NCBI GenBank assembly: GCA_946539455.1
Contig: CAMNHL010000008.1
Coordinates: 6,331 to 70,330 of the forward strand
Direction of reading: 5' to 3'
Source: an uncultured Bacteroidales bacterium
GTDB taxonomy: Bacteria > Bacteroidota > Bacteroidia > Bacteroidales > UBA932
DNA: 64,000 bases
This document shows, one piece after another, positions 25,548-34,754 of the stretch (position 1 is the first letter of the stretch; every line of letters begins with the position of its first letter). A program made the position numbers and the translations under genes. The notes under the pieces are model-generated. The model was not told the origin of the DNA and made no database searches. It saw only the letters and a program-made list of their open reading frames with translations.

Positions 25548-27106
25548 AACGGCATGTTATCGTGTTTCTTGGCCGGTATCTCCTGACGTTTTCCTTCAAG
25601 TACTTCGAAGGCTCTGGCAACGCGGAATCGGGTGTTGGCCGGCTCGATGACGTCTTCGATGTAACCCTTCTGGGCTGCCTGGTAGGGGTTGCAGAACAGG
25701 TCGTTGTATTCTTGCTTTTTGCGCTCGATTAGTTCGGCCTGCTTCGTCGGGTCTTCTTCTGCCTTGATTTCTTTGGCGTACAGGACTCCGACAGCCCCGT
25801 CCGCGCCCATCACGGCGATGTTGGCAGAAGGCCATGCGTAGTTGATATCACCGCGCAATTGCTTGCAGCTCATGACTATATGTGCTCCTCCGTAACTCTT
25901 GCGCAGGGTCACGGTCACTTTGGGCACGGTAGCTTCGCCGTATGCATAAAGGAGTTTGGCTCCATTGCTTATGACTCCGCCGTATTCCTGCTGGGTCCCG
26001 CAAAGAAAGCCAGGTACGTCCACAAGTGTCAGCAGGGGGATGTTGAACGCATCGCAGAACCTCACGAAACGGGCACCCTTGCGGCTGGCGTTTATGTCGA
26101 GCACGCCGGCAAGCACACCGGGCTGATTGGCGACTACGCCTATGCTGCGGCCGCAGACGTGGGCAAAGCCCACTATAATATTCTTCGCAAAGTCTTTGTG
26201 GACCTCGAAGAAATCGCCGTCATCGACGACTGAACGTATTACGGCATACATGTCGTAGGCCTTGTTGGGGCTGTCGGGTATGATGCCGTTCAGGCTTTCA
26301 TCGGTGCGGCCTGCAGGGTCGTCCGTAGGACGGATGGGGGAGGAGCCGAGGTTGTTCTGCGGCAGGAAGCTCAACAGACGCTTGATGCTCTCTATCGCCT
26401 CTTCCTCTGACTGGGCGGTAAAATGCGCTACGCCCGACTTGGCGGCATGAATCCGGGATCCTCCGAGTTCTTCTTGGGTAACGGATTCTCCTGTAACGGA
26501 TTTCACAACGGCAGGGCCGGTGAGGAACATGTAGCTCGTTTTGTCCACCATCAGCGTAAAGTCGGTGAGCGCAGGGGAGTACACGGCACCGCCGGCGCAG
26601 GGGCCCATTATCAGGCTTATCTGCGGAATCACGCCGCTGCTCAGGATGTTGCGCTCGAATATTTCGGCATATCCGGCAAGAGCGTCGATGCCTTCCTGTA
26701 TGCGCGCGCCGCCGGAATCGTTGAGCCCTATGACGGGAGCTCCGACTTTGAGGGCAGTGTCCATGACCTTGCAGATCTTCTCCGACATGGTTTTGCTAAG
26801 AGAACCTCCGTTCACTGTAAAGTCCTGTGCGTAAACGAAAACCAGCCTGCCATCTATAGTGCCCTGGCCGGTGACTACTCCATCGCCGTCGGTATGTGTT
26901 GCGTCCATGCCGAAGTTGGTGCAGCGATGCTGGACGAACATGTCGAATTCTTCAAAACTGCCGGGATCAAGGAGCAGGGCCAGACGCTCGCGCGCCGTCA
27001 GCTTGCCTTTTGCGTGCTGTGCGTCTATCCGCTTCTGACCTCCGCCGAGGCGGGCAGCCTCCCGCCGTTCTACAAGTTGTTCTATTTGTTTACTCTGTAT
27101 GCTCAT
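25544..27106 (-). CDS. mmdA: Acyl-CoA carboxyltransferase subunit (methylmalonyl-CoA decarboxylase alpha)
   Basis: [40 protein letters not shown]; operon context. Confidence 0.92.
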   Translation of the reverse strand: MSIQSKQIEQLVERREAARLGGGQKRIDAQHAKGKLTARERLALLLDPGSFEEFDMFVQHRCTNFGMDATHTDGDGVVTGQGTIDGRLVFVYAQDFTVNGGSLSKTMSEKICKVMDTALKVGAPVIGLNDSGGARIQEGIDALAGYAEIFERNILSSGVIPQISLIMGPCAGGAVYSPALTDFTLMVDKTSYMFLTGPAVVKSVTGESVTQEELGGSRIHAAKSGVAHFTAQSEEEAIESIKRLLSFLPQNNLGSSPIRPTDDPAGRTDESLNGIIPDSPNKAYDMYAVIRSVVDDGDFFEVHKDFAKNIIVGFAHVCGRSIGVVANQPGVLAGVLDINASRKGARFVRFCDAFNIPLLTLVDVPGFLCGTQQEYGGVISNGAKLLYAYGEATVPKVTVTLRKSYGGAHIVMSCKQLRGDINYAWPSANIAVMGADGAVGVLYAKEIKAEEDPTKQAELIERKKQEYNDLFCNPYQAAQKGYIEDVIEPANTRFRVARAFEVLEGKRQEIPAKKHDNMPL

Positions 27107-27118
27107 GCGAAAAATATA

Positions 27119-27736
27119 TTATTCAAAGAGGTTGCCGGATGTCCAGCCGACAGAGATTCCGTATTCGCCGTGTTCGTTGGGAGCGACTACGAAATCGACA
27201 TATCTGGACTCGCCGGTCCCGGGAGTCTGCCAGGGGAGGCCTTCATTGACGGCTGTAATCGTACGCTTCCAGAATTCGGAACTGCTGCTGAGTTTTTCAC
27301 CGTCGATGCTGGCCCAATTGAGGCGTACTCCGTCGGAAGGTGTCGTGAAAGTTATTTCGACGTCGAACGTTATGCCCTTATCGCGGCCAAGAATAGGCCT
27401 TGTTATTGTACTTTGAAGCTTCGTAGCCCGGAATGCCGCCTTGTAATGACCGTCGCCGGGCAGCCAGGAGAATGTGAGGGTATCGCTGGGGATCTCTTTG
27501 TCGAAGCGGATTTCGGACCTGCGGTTGGAACGGTCGCGGAGCTGGCAGTTCACAAGAATGTACTCCTTAACGTCCGACCTGCAGACTACCTGGACATTTA
27601 TTTTGCCGTCTGTCGAAGGGGGGACCGATATGACTCTTCCTGCCGGCTCGTCGATGCCTGCCCGCTCGACGCAGGAGACCGCAAAAAGGGTCAAAATAGC
27701 GGCAAAAATCGACTTAACAAAAATGTTATAATGCAT
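27119..27736 (-). CDS. Hypothetical lipoprotein
   Basis: Signal peptide with lipobox FAVSC from the ATG at 27736 (ORF open to 27766); no family recognised. Confidence 0.6.
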   Translation of the reverse strand: MHYNIFVKSIFAAILTLFAVSCVERAGIDEPAGRVISVPPSTDGKINVQVVCRSDVKEYILVNCQLRDRSNRRSEIRFDKEIPSDTLTFSWLPGDGHYKAAFRATKLQSTITRPILGRDKGITFDVEITFTTPSDGVRLNWASIDGEKLSSSSEFWKRTITAVNEGLPWQTPGTGESRYVDFVVAPNEHGEYGISVGWTSGNLFE

Positions 27737-27756
27737 TACAAAAATGTTTCTTATTC

Positions 27757-28239
27757 TTATTTGCAATTATTTAGGTAATTGTTTATATTTTCGAGCAAAA
27801 AGGCGAGTGCGCGCTCTGCAAAACGCCTGATATTGGCACTTCTGCCATTATTGTAGTGGTATAAAAGGGTGTTCGTACCGCCAGGTCCGCTGACTCCTAT
27901 CCATACCGTGCCCTCGGGATAGCGCTCGTCTCCGCCCTCGGCAAGACCCGTCGTCGAGACGGCGAAAGTGCTGCCCGTCACACGGCGTACTCCTTCTGCC
28001 ATGGCGGCGGCCACCTCGGAACTTACGACCCCGCAGGAAGCGATGGTCTGTGGCGGCACACCCAGGATGTTCTCTTTTAGGGAAACGGAGTAAGATGTCA
28101 CGGAACCCAGGTACCAGGCGGATGAACCCGACACCAGGGTCAGCAGGTGAGATATCTGCCCTCCGGTGCAAGATTCCGCTGCGCTCAGGGTCATTCCTGT
28201 GCCGGATAGAACGCCGGCTATTTTTTCCTGGATTCTCAT
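27757..28239 (-). CDS. CinA C-terminal domain protein (PncC-like NMN deamidase)
   Basis: AESCTGG, SGSS, GVVSSEVAAAMAEG, STTGLA, GTVWIG. Confidence 0.9.
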   Translation of the reverse strand: MRIQEKIAGVLSGTGMTLSAAESCTGGQISHLLTLVSGSSAWYLGSVTSYSVSLKENILGVPPQTIASCGVVSSEVAAAMAEGVRRVTGSTFAVSTTGLAEGGDERYPEGTVWIGVSGPGGTNTLLYHYNNGRSANIRRFAERALAFLLENINNYLNNCK

Positions 28240-29030
28240 TTTGCTCTGGATGAAAGGTGTTTGAGTATTTTACCGACCAGCCGGGGGCCTTCGCGGACGA
28301 GTCCCATGCGGACTTCGACCAGAGAAGCTCCATTGTCGAGGGCTTCGGCTGCCTGCTGTGGCGTTTTAATATGGCAATTAGCGATAATTGGCAAACGGCC
28401 TTTGGTATAATCGCGTATAAAGCTGATCTGCTTGATGCTGCGGGCCTCGATTCCATCTATGCTGTTGAGCATGCAGTAATCGCAGATTTCTTCGATCTGG
28501 TCGGCGGACAGGACCTCGGGTATCTTGACTACGATGGGCTTGTAATCTTCGTATGTAAGCCTGGCGTCGAGTATATCGTCAAAGATCTCCATGTCCGGAT
28601 TGTCGGAGATGTCGATTACAAAGAAATCACAGAAGTCGTAGGCGAGGCAGAACGCACGAAAGTAATCACCCGATATGCATGGGGCCAGGATGTCGTTCTG
28701 CGGGTCTTTCTGGAGGTGGGAGAGAGCCTTGCGCAACGATGCCAGATCAGCGAACGGGCCGGTCTCTACAAAGCTGAATCCCAAATCGTTGAGATCGTTG
28801 TACAGCTCTCCTTTGACATCCAGTCCGGCACCGAGTCCGACGGGATTGTAGAACTGCAGGCCGAATACCTCGCGTTCCAGTCCGGCAGGGCGGTTGCCAT
28901 GGATCAGGCGGTTCACAAAACGGCCGCCGGGGATTTTTCCTTCGAATTTGAAATAACCCAGAGCGATAGCACTCGCCTTCTCGTTGTCGGCGATGCGCTT
29001 TGTTATTGGCCTGATAAGCAAACTGTACAT
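28236..29030 (-). CDS. Degenerate class 2 dihydroorotate-dehydrogenase-like protein
   Basis: MYSLLIRP, FYNPVGLGAGLD, GFSFVETG, KPIVVKI, GASLVE retained; catalytic motifs missing. Confidence 0.75.
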   Translation of the reverse strand: MYSLLIRPITKRIADNEKASAIALGYFKFEGKIPGGRFVNRLIHGNRPAGLEREVFGLQFYNPVGLGAGLDVKGELYNDLNDLGFSFVETGPFADLASLRKALSHLQKDPQNDILAPCISGDYFRAFCLAYDFCDFFVIDISDNPDMEIFDDILDARLTYEDYKPIVVKIPEVLSADQIEEICDYCMLNSIDGIEARSIKQISFIRDYTKGRLPIIANCHIKTPQQAAEALDNGASLVEVRMGLVREGPRLVGKILKHLSSRAK

Positions 29031-29055
29031 ATGCAGACCACAAATATAACGAAAA

Positions 29056-29391
29056 TTACTTGAATTCCCTGTATGTTCCGTCGTCGAAAAAGACGACTAT
29101 GCGGTCGATTGACGGGGCGGACGCGATTTCTTGCTGAAAGAGGCTTCCAAGACTCTCTCCGGCGCTTTCCTCTGCGGGAGACTGACGGTACATGCGGCCC
29201 TTGCCGGTAATCAGCCACTCCAGGCTCAGGGAAGGGTAGCAGCGCGCAAGGTTCTCGAAGAAATCGTAGCCGGGTTTGTTGCGTCCCGACAGGATATGTG
29301 AGATGCTGGCGCGGGATGCGCCAAGAGTGTCCGCAAGCTGCGACTGGGTGATATTTTCGGCCGAGAGAAACTTCAGCAAACGATCGTTCAT
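29056..29391 (-). CDS. XRE-family helix-turn-helix protein with conserved-looking C-terminal motif (IDRIVVFFDDGTY)
   Basis: TQSQLADTLGASRASISHILSGRNKP, LEWLITGKG; start at ATG 29391, downstream of the -7 box at 29411-29418. Confidence 0.9.
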   Translation of the reverse strand: MNDRLLKFLSAENITQSQLADTLGASRASISHILSGRNKPGYDFFENLARCYPSLSLEWLITGKGRMYRQSPAEESAGESLGSLFQQEIASAPSIDRIVVFFDDGTYREFK

Positions 29392-29841
29392 ATGCAGTCC
29401 GTTGTTTTTACAAAAGTAAAACAAATAATGAAAAATATCAAATGTTTGCTTGACAAGTTATCAACAAACAGATGTTTAAATATAGGGGGATTTTATCTAA
29501 AAATAACTTCATTTGAATATACTTAAATAGTTGATATATAAGTATTAAATTGGTGGTGATATAGCCCTTTGCCGGCCTGCGGCAGGGGAGAGAAGGCGTA
29601 AAACGCGGGTCAGCTGTTTGAGCTGTGAATTAGTTAAACTATATAAGTTACTGATTTATCGGGCATTATATTTTATTATCATTTGTTATAAGATTTTCTT
29701 ATATCGTTTTGAACGGCGCCTGTTGAAGATAGGTCGAATCAGTGTTGATATTTTACAAATGTAACTTAATGTTTACTGTATTTTATTTCATTTTGTAAAA
29801 CCAATTATTTGTAACTTTGCATCCAAGAAATTACACCGACA
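29392..29841. promoter_or_regulatory. AT-rich divergent control region (HTH / queA) with TTAC-N4-GTAA palindromes and three IHF-consensus sites
   Basis: TAnnTTTG boxes at 29411-18 (-), 29756-63 (-) and 29812-19 (+); palindromes at 29406-21 and 29751-65; WATCARNNNNTTR at 29436-48 (+), 29524-36 (-) and 29644-56 (-). Confidence 0.65.
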
Positions 29842-31044
29842 ATGATTCCGGACATAAGTATAAAAGATTTCGATTACCAGCTTCCCGACTCGAGAATTGC
29901 AAAATATCCGTTGGAGCGCCGAGATGCGTCAAAATTGCTTGTATATAAGGATGGCGACTGCTCCGATCATATTTTCAGAGATATTCCTTCTCTTCTGCCT
30001 GCCGGAGCCCTTATGATATTCAATGACACCAAGGTTGTTCCCGCACGCTTGTTTTTTCGGCGCGAGAGTGGCGCTCACATTGAAATTTTTTGCCTGCAGC
30101 CGGTGGAGCCTTCGGAATACGTGAAGGCTTTCGACACCGTCGGAAAATGCTCATGGAAGTGCGTAATCGGCAATTCAAAGCGCTGGAAAGACGATGTCCT
30201 CACGCTCGATACCGATGATCCTGAGCTGCTTTCGGTCGCTTTGCGGGCACGCCTCATCGAACGGCAGGACCGTACCGGCACGGTTGAATTTACCTGGGAG
30301 GGCGATGTCCCGTTCTCCAGGATATTGGAAATGTGCGGCAGAATACCGATTCCACCCTATCTTGGACGGGAAACAGAAGCAATCGACCTGGAACGTTATC
30401 AGACCGAATACGCCCATGTAAGGGGCTCCGTCGCCGCTCCTACGGCAGGACTCCACTTTACCCGGGAGATCCTCGGGCAGATATCGGCAAGCGGTATCGA
30501 AACCGATAACGTGTGCCTGCATGTCGGCGCCGGCACTTTCCTCCCCGTAAAGAGCGAGAAGATATCCGGCCATCCGATGCACAGGGAGCCGTTCGTAGTG
30601 AGCAGGGAGCTCCTGGTAAAACTCGCGCGCCGGGACAGGCCTGTCGTTGCCGTAGGAACCACATCTATACGCACCTTGGAGTCACTGTATTACGCAGGGG
30701 CCTGCTGCATCGAAAACGGCTTCCCGGACGACGTTGGCCAGTGGGCTCCATACGAAAGGGACTGGACTTACAGCACGCAGGAGACACTGACGGCCATCAT
30801 CGATTACCTCGACCGCAACGGCCTTTCCGAATTCAAGACAGGAACCCGTATAATAATAGTACCGGGGTTCAAATTCCGCATCGTCGATGCTCTTGTGACC
30901 AATTTCCATCAGCCCCAGAGCACTTTGTTGCTGCTGGTCAGCGCTTTTGTAGCAGGGGACTGGAAAACCATCTACTCCCACGCGTTGGAAGGCGGATATC
31001 GTTTCCTGAGTTACGGCGATTCTTCGTTGCTATTCAGAAGATAA
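29842..31044 (+). CDS. queA: S-adenosylmethionine:tRNA ribosyltransferase-isomerase (QueA family, ~400-aa form)
   Basis: PPY, RYQT, GSVAAPTAGLHF, LHVGAGTF, TNFHQPQSTL, YRFLSYGD. Confidence 0.9.
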   Translation: MIPDISIKDFDYQLPDSRIAKYPLERRDASKLLVYKDGDCSDHIFRDIPSLLPAGALMIFNDTKVVPARLFFRRESGAHIEIFCLQPVEPSEYVKAFDTVGKCSWKCVIGNSKRWKDDVLTLDTDDPELLSVALRARLIERQDRTGTVEFTWEGDVPFSRILEMCGRIPIPPYLGRETEAIDLERYQTEYAHVRGSVAAPTAGLHFTREILGQISASGIETDNVCLHVGAGTFLPVKSEKISGHPMHREPFVVSRELLVKLARRDRPVVAVGTTSIRTLESLYYAGACCIENGFPDDVGQWAPYERDWTYSTQETLTAIIDYLDRNGLSEFKTGTRIIIVPGFKFRIVDALVTNFHQPQSTLLLLVSAFVAGDWKTIYSHALEGGYRFLSYGDSSLLFRR

Positions 31045-31082
31045 TTTCGTAATTTTGTGGTTGCACACATAAGTAATCAGCC

Positions 31083-32225
31083 ATGAGCGATCTTTCCGAA
31101 TTTGAGGATATACGTCCCTATAGTGACGAAGAAGCAGTTAAGGCGCTGGACAGAGTGTCCCGCCATCCGATGCTCCCCATCATATCTAAGTACCTGTTCC
31201 CGAAAAGCAGTGTCGATACGCTTGCCCAGACCCTGAGAAGCGTGCGAAGCATTGATGAGTTCCAGGCGATTGTCATGATCGACGTCATCAACGCCGTTCT
31301 CGCCAGGACCTCCGAGGGCTTCACTTTCAGCGGCATGGACAATCTGTCCGGAATCGACGGCAAGTTCCTCGCAGTCTCCAATCACCGCGACATCGTACTG
31401 GATCCCGCGCTCATCCTCTACGCCATGCACGCATCCGGACTGCCTTTCGCCGAATTGTGCGTCGGCAGCAACCTTCTCTCCAGCCGCTTGGTGGAGGACC
31501 TCATGAAATCCAACCGCATGATCAAGGTCATCCGCGGAATCAGCGCCCGCCAGATGTACCTCAATTCCCATACCCTTTCCAAGTATATACGCCTATCCAT
31601 TACGTCCGGCACCTCCTCAATATGGGTCGCCCAGAAAGAAGGACGCGCCAAAAACGGTCTGGATAAAACCGAGCAGGGTCTTCTCAAAATGTTCGACATG
31701 AGCGGAGAAAGGGGCTTCGAAGAGAATTTCCGGGAGCTGAACATAGTTCCCATGAGCATATCCTACGAATACGAACCGTGCGACAGCCGCAAGGCCAGGG
31801 AACTCCTGATAAGCCGTGAAGGACCTTACGTAAAGAAGCCCAAGGAAGACCTGCACAGCATTCTTACCGGCATACGCCAGAACAAAGGACATATCCACCT
31901 TAACGTTGGAAAGCCCCTCACGGGTGAGGAAATCGCAGAGGCCGCGGCACTGAACGGAAACGACCGCTATCAGCATCTTCGCGGCATACTCGACGAACGC
32001 ATCCGCGGCGGTTACAAGCTGTGGAAAACCAATTACATGGGCTACGACCTCATGAACGGCACGACACGCTTCCTTGGCGTAAAATACCTTCCCGAGGATC
32101 TTGATGCGTTCCGTAAATATACGGAGCACAAGCTCCAGAAACTCGAAAGGCGCCTCGATCGAGACGCCCTCCGGGATATATTCTGGCATATCTACGGGAA
32201 CCCCGTAGAGTCCGTAATCAAATAA
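31083..32225 (+). CDS. Glycerolipid acyltransferase (PlsC superfamily)
   Basis: SNHRDIVLD (HX4D), WVAQKEGRAK, YEYEPCD. Confidence 0.88.
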   Translation: MSDLSEFEDIRPYSDEEAVKALDRVSRHPMLPIISKYLFPKSSVDTLAQTLRSVRSIDEFQAIVMIDVINAVLARTSEGFTFSGMDNLSGIDGKFLAVSNHRDIVLDPALILYAMHASGLPFAELCVGSNLLSSRLVEDLMKSNRMIKVIRGISARQMYLNSHTLSKYIRLSITSGTSSIWVAQKEGRAKNGLDKTEQGLLKMFDMSGERGFEENFRELNIVPMSISYEYEPCDSRKARELLISREGPYVKKPKEDLHSILTGIRQNKGHIHLNVGKPLTGEEIAEAAALNGNDRYQHLRGILDERIRGGYKLWKTNYMGYDLMNGTTRFLGVKYLPEDLDAFRKYTEHKLQKLERRLDRDALRDIFWHIYGNPVESVIK

Positions 32226-33591
32226 CGATAGACAATCCGGCGTTGATGACCGTAGAGACAGCCTTCTGAGGAATGTGTGTCTCGGGGTGAGGGTTGGCCA
32301 GCAGGTTGTCCACTCCTACATGGAGATTGAATATGGGCAGCCTGAGATTGAGTGCTGCTCCGAAGTCGGCTCCGTATGTGCCGTATGCAGCGGAGGCTGC
32401 AATGCTCAGGAGCTTGAAAGGAGTGAAGTCAATGCCAAAGCGGCCCTCTGAATAATTCTTCTGGAAAGTTCCGAGAAGACCCACGCTAAGTCCGTCATAG
32501 AAAGGCATGCGGTACTTGGTACCTGCGTGAATGGTATAGAGGAGAGGGCTGGAGTAGCGGTCTTTTTCGGTAGCCTTTATGGCAAGAGCCGTGGAATAGT
32601 CATCACCGTCAACTTCGCCCTTGAAATCCCACTCGCCAATGAATGCGCCGTTCCATGAGATGAATCCCAGGTCGGTGACGGAGGCGCTGATGCTCAGTCC
32701 GTCGAGAGGCTCGAGGGTAACACCGAAGTCTCCGGCAAGTCCCCAGCCGGCAATTGACTTGGGACCGAGGGATTTCCAATCCATGCCGCTCTCGCCCAGG
32801 CCTCTTATATTGCGGAGAAGCTCTTCGGCATCATAATACTTGCCGCCATCCTGGGTGTAAGAAGGAATATCGCTAAGTCCGAACGGCAATGCCGCCTGTA
32901 TGGATGCATGGGTTTCCGCGCTGACGTCCTTGACTGAGCCGGGCTTGACGGAGAGGTCCCAATCCATATTGGCACCCGCAAGACCGACGAGACCCTTGAT
33001 CCGGGCTCCGACTGTTACGAGGTCGCCGATTTTTTGCGAATAACCGAAGGCGACCTCAGAATAAGTCTGAGTACCGAAATTCAGTCCGGAGAAATTGTAA
33101 GTGCCTTCAAAGTTTCCTTCCTCCAGGGAAGTAAGTCCGCGCTTGATGAATCTGAATCCGTCGAGGGGGACGTTGGCGGCAATGTTTGACCTCAGATTGA
33201 GTTCCACGCTCCAGCGGTTGTTTTCGTTTTGGCGTCCGAATGCCAGGAGATTCTCGTTGAGCCCAAAATTGAGCCGATTGTCGGGCAGAAGCCCGGCAAG
33301 TGCCTCATCCATGGTGAACTCGTTGTTTACAAACGGAAAAACTACGCCGGAACCACTTTTCGCGGGTGCGATCAGGGAGCTCATCGGGAAATTGCTGTCA
33401 ACTCCGACGGTTACATTTCCGATTCCGAGGCTGAGGAAGAAATATGAGTCTCCCTCAATGACTGCCGCAGGGTTGAGCCGGTAACCGTAAACGTAATTGT
33501 CGAGGAAATAAGCCGTCTTTAAATCCTGGGCCACCGCTGAGGAAAAAGCAGCGGTGGTTACCAGGGCAAGGGATATAAACAGTCTTTTCAT
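32218..33591 (-). CDS. DUF5723-like outer-membrane beta-barrel protein
   Basis: Signal peptide, TAYFLD...LNPA, YSEVAFGYS, GLAGDFG, SVTDLGFISW. Confidence 0.75.
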   Translation of the reverse strand: MKRLFISLALVTTAAFSSAVAQDLKTAYFLDNYVYGYRLNPAAVIEGDSYFFLSLGIGNVTVGVDSNFPMSSLIAPAKSGSGVVFPFVNNEFTMDEALAGLLPDNRLNFGLNENLLAFGRQNENNRWSVELNLRSNIAANVPLDGFRFIKRGLTSLEEGNFEGTYNFSGLNFGTQTYSEVAFGYSQKIGDLVTVGARIKGLVGLAGANMDWDLSVKPGSVKDVSAETHASIQAALPFGLSDIPSYTQDGGKYYDAEELLRNIRGLGESGMDWKSLGPKSIAGWGLAGDFGVTLEPLDGLSISASVTDLGFISWNGAFIGEWDFKGEVDGDDYSTALAIKATEKDRYSSPLLYTIHAGTKYRMPFYDGLSVGLLGTFQKNYSEGRFGIDFTPFKLLSIAASAAYGTYGADFGAALNLRLPIFNLHVGVDNLLANPHPETHIPQKAVSTVINAGLSIVI

Positions 33592-34626
33592 TTACTTGAC
33601 ATTGACTATCTTGTCGACAGTAATCTCGAAGGGTGATGAACTCGTGAGCTCTGCCCCGTCCTTGGCGGAAGTCAGCACAAGGGTGAGATCTGCGCTTTCG
33701 ATGTGGTTGACCTTTAGGCCGGACTTGTCTTCGACGCGCAATACGACGGAAGACTTGACGGGATTCTCGGGGGTACCTGCCTTTGCCGCATTCTGAGAGT
33801 TAGCGGTTATGCCGTCTTCATTCTTGGCTGAAGCCTGAATCTCGAAGGGGAGGGGATTGGTGATGGTGAGATACACATCGTATTTATCGAACATGTACTC
33901 GCTGAGACGGTCGAGATTAAGGTTCATATCGTGGAACGAACGATGGATGGTGATTTTAGTGCCCTTGGGGAAGACGAGTGCGGAGCAGTACTTGGCGCTT
34001 ATTGTGAAATCGCCGCTTGCAGCTGCAGGTGCCGCTCCCTTGGTAGCCTCGGATACCTTGAACTCAAAAAGATCGATAGTATTGAATTTGCCGCCGATAC
34101 GATCGTTCTGGAGAATGCTGGGAGCAAATACTTCGTCAGGCTTTTCGGTGCAGGGGATGTCCTTGTCTTTCTTGCCAATGAAAACGGTCTTGGTAGAAGC
34201 GGCGGGGATCTCAAACACCGGGAGCTTTTCCTCCGACAGATCGTCAATCTTGACCTTGGCCTCGAAGAGAACGGGTTTGTCGAGAGGGTTCTTGACGGTG
34301 AAGGCTATACCTGCATTCTCTGCGCTGCCTTCCATGGGCTTTACTATCTCGGGAAGTGATTCACCCTTGATTTCCAAGGTCTTGGAAAAAGTGGAACCGA
34401 GGCTTACATTCTCGGTGATTTGGCCGGCCTCGATTTCGATGATGTCCTTCTTGTCAAAGGAGAGCGCAGCTGAAGGGATACCCTTGAGTCCGACAAACTC
34501 CTTGGACGTTACGTTGGCAGTCTCATCAACTTTGACTTCCTGTCCGTTGAGAGAGTTCTTGAAAATTTCGCAGGACGTTGCCGCAAATAATACGGCAGCT
34601 GCAGCAAATAAGAATGACTTTTTCAT
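33592..34626 (-). CDS. Hypothetical beta-rich surface lipoprotein
   Basis: MKK...FAATSC lipobox; TNPLP/KNPL motifs; its stop abuts the start of the DUF5723-like gene. Confidence 0.75.
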   Translation of the reverse strand: MKKSFLFAAAAVLFAATSCEIFKNSLNGQEVKVDETANVTSKEFVGLKGIPSAALSFDKKDIIEIEAGQITENVSLGSTFSKTLEIKGESLPEIVKPMEGSAENAGIAFTVKNPLDKPVLFEAKVKIDDLSEEKLPVFEIPAASTKTVFIGKKDKDIPCTEKPDEVFAPSILQNDRIGGKFNTIDLFEFKVSEATKGAAPAAASGDFTISAKYCSALVFPKGTKITIHRSFHDMNLNLDRLSEYMFDKYDVYLTITNPLPFEIQASAKNEDGITANSQNAAKAGTPENPVKSSVVLRVEDKSGLKVNHIESADLTLVLTSAKDGAELTSSSPFEITVDKIVNVK

Positions 34627-34754
34627 AAAGGTATGATTGGTTTAAAATTAATTCGTCCCTAATTGTTGCAAATATACAATTATTTCTTAATCAGCATATA
34701 GTTAAAAGTAACTATTTCGCAGCTATTTTAATCTATTTTGCCACTTTGTGGCTT

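Noticed and set aside
29392-29841. oriC call for the AT-rich intergenic region (DnaA-like words, IHF sites, genes diverging from it)
   Set aside because: Only one or two imperfect DnaA boxes; a dif-like site lies 5 kb away and KOPS-like motifs converge on the area instead of diverging. Not fully excluded without whole-genome skew or coverage.
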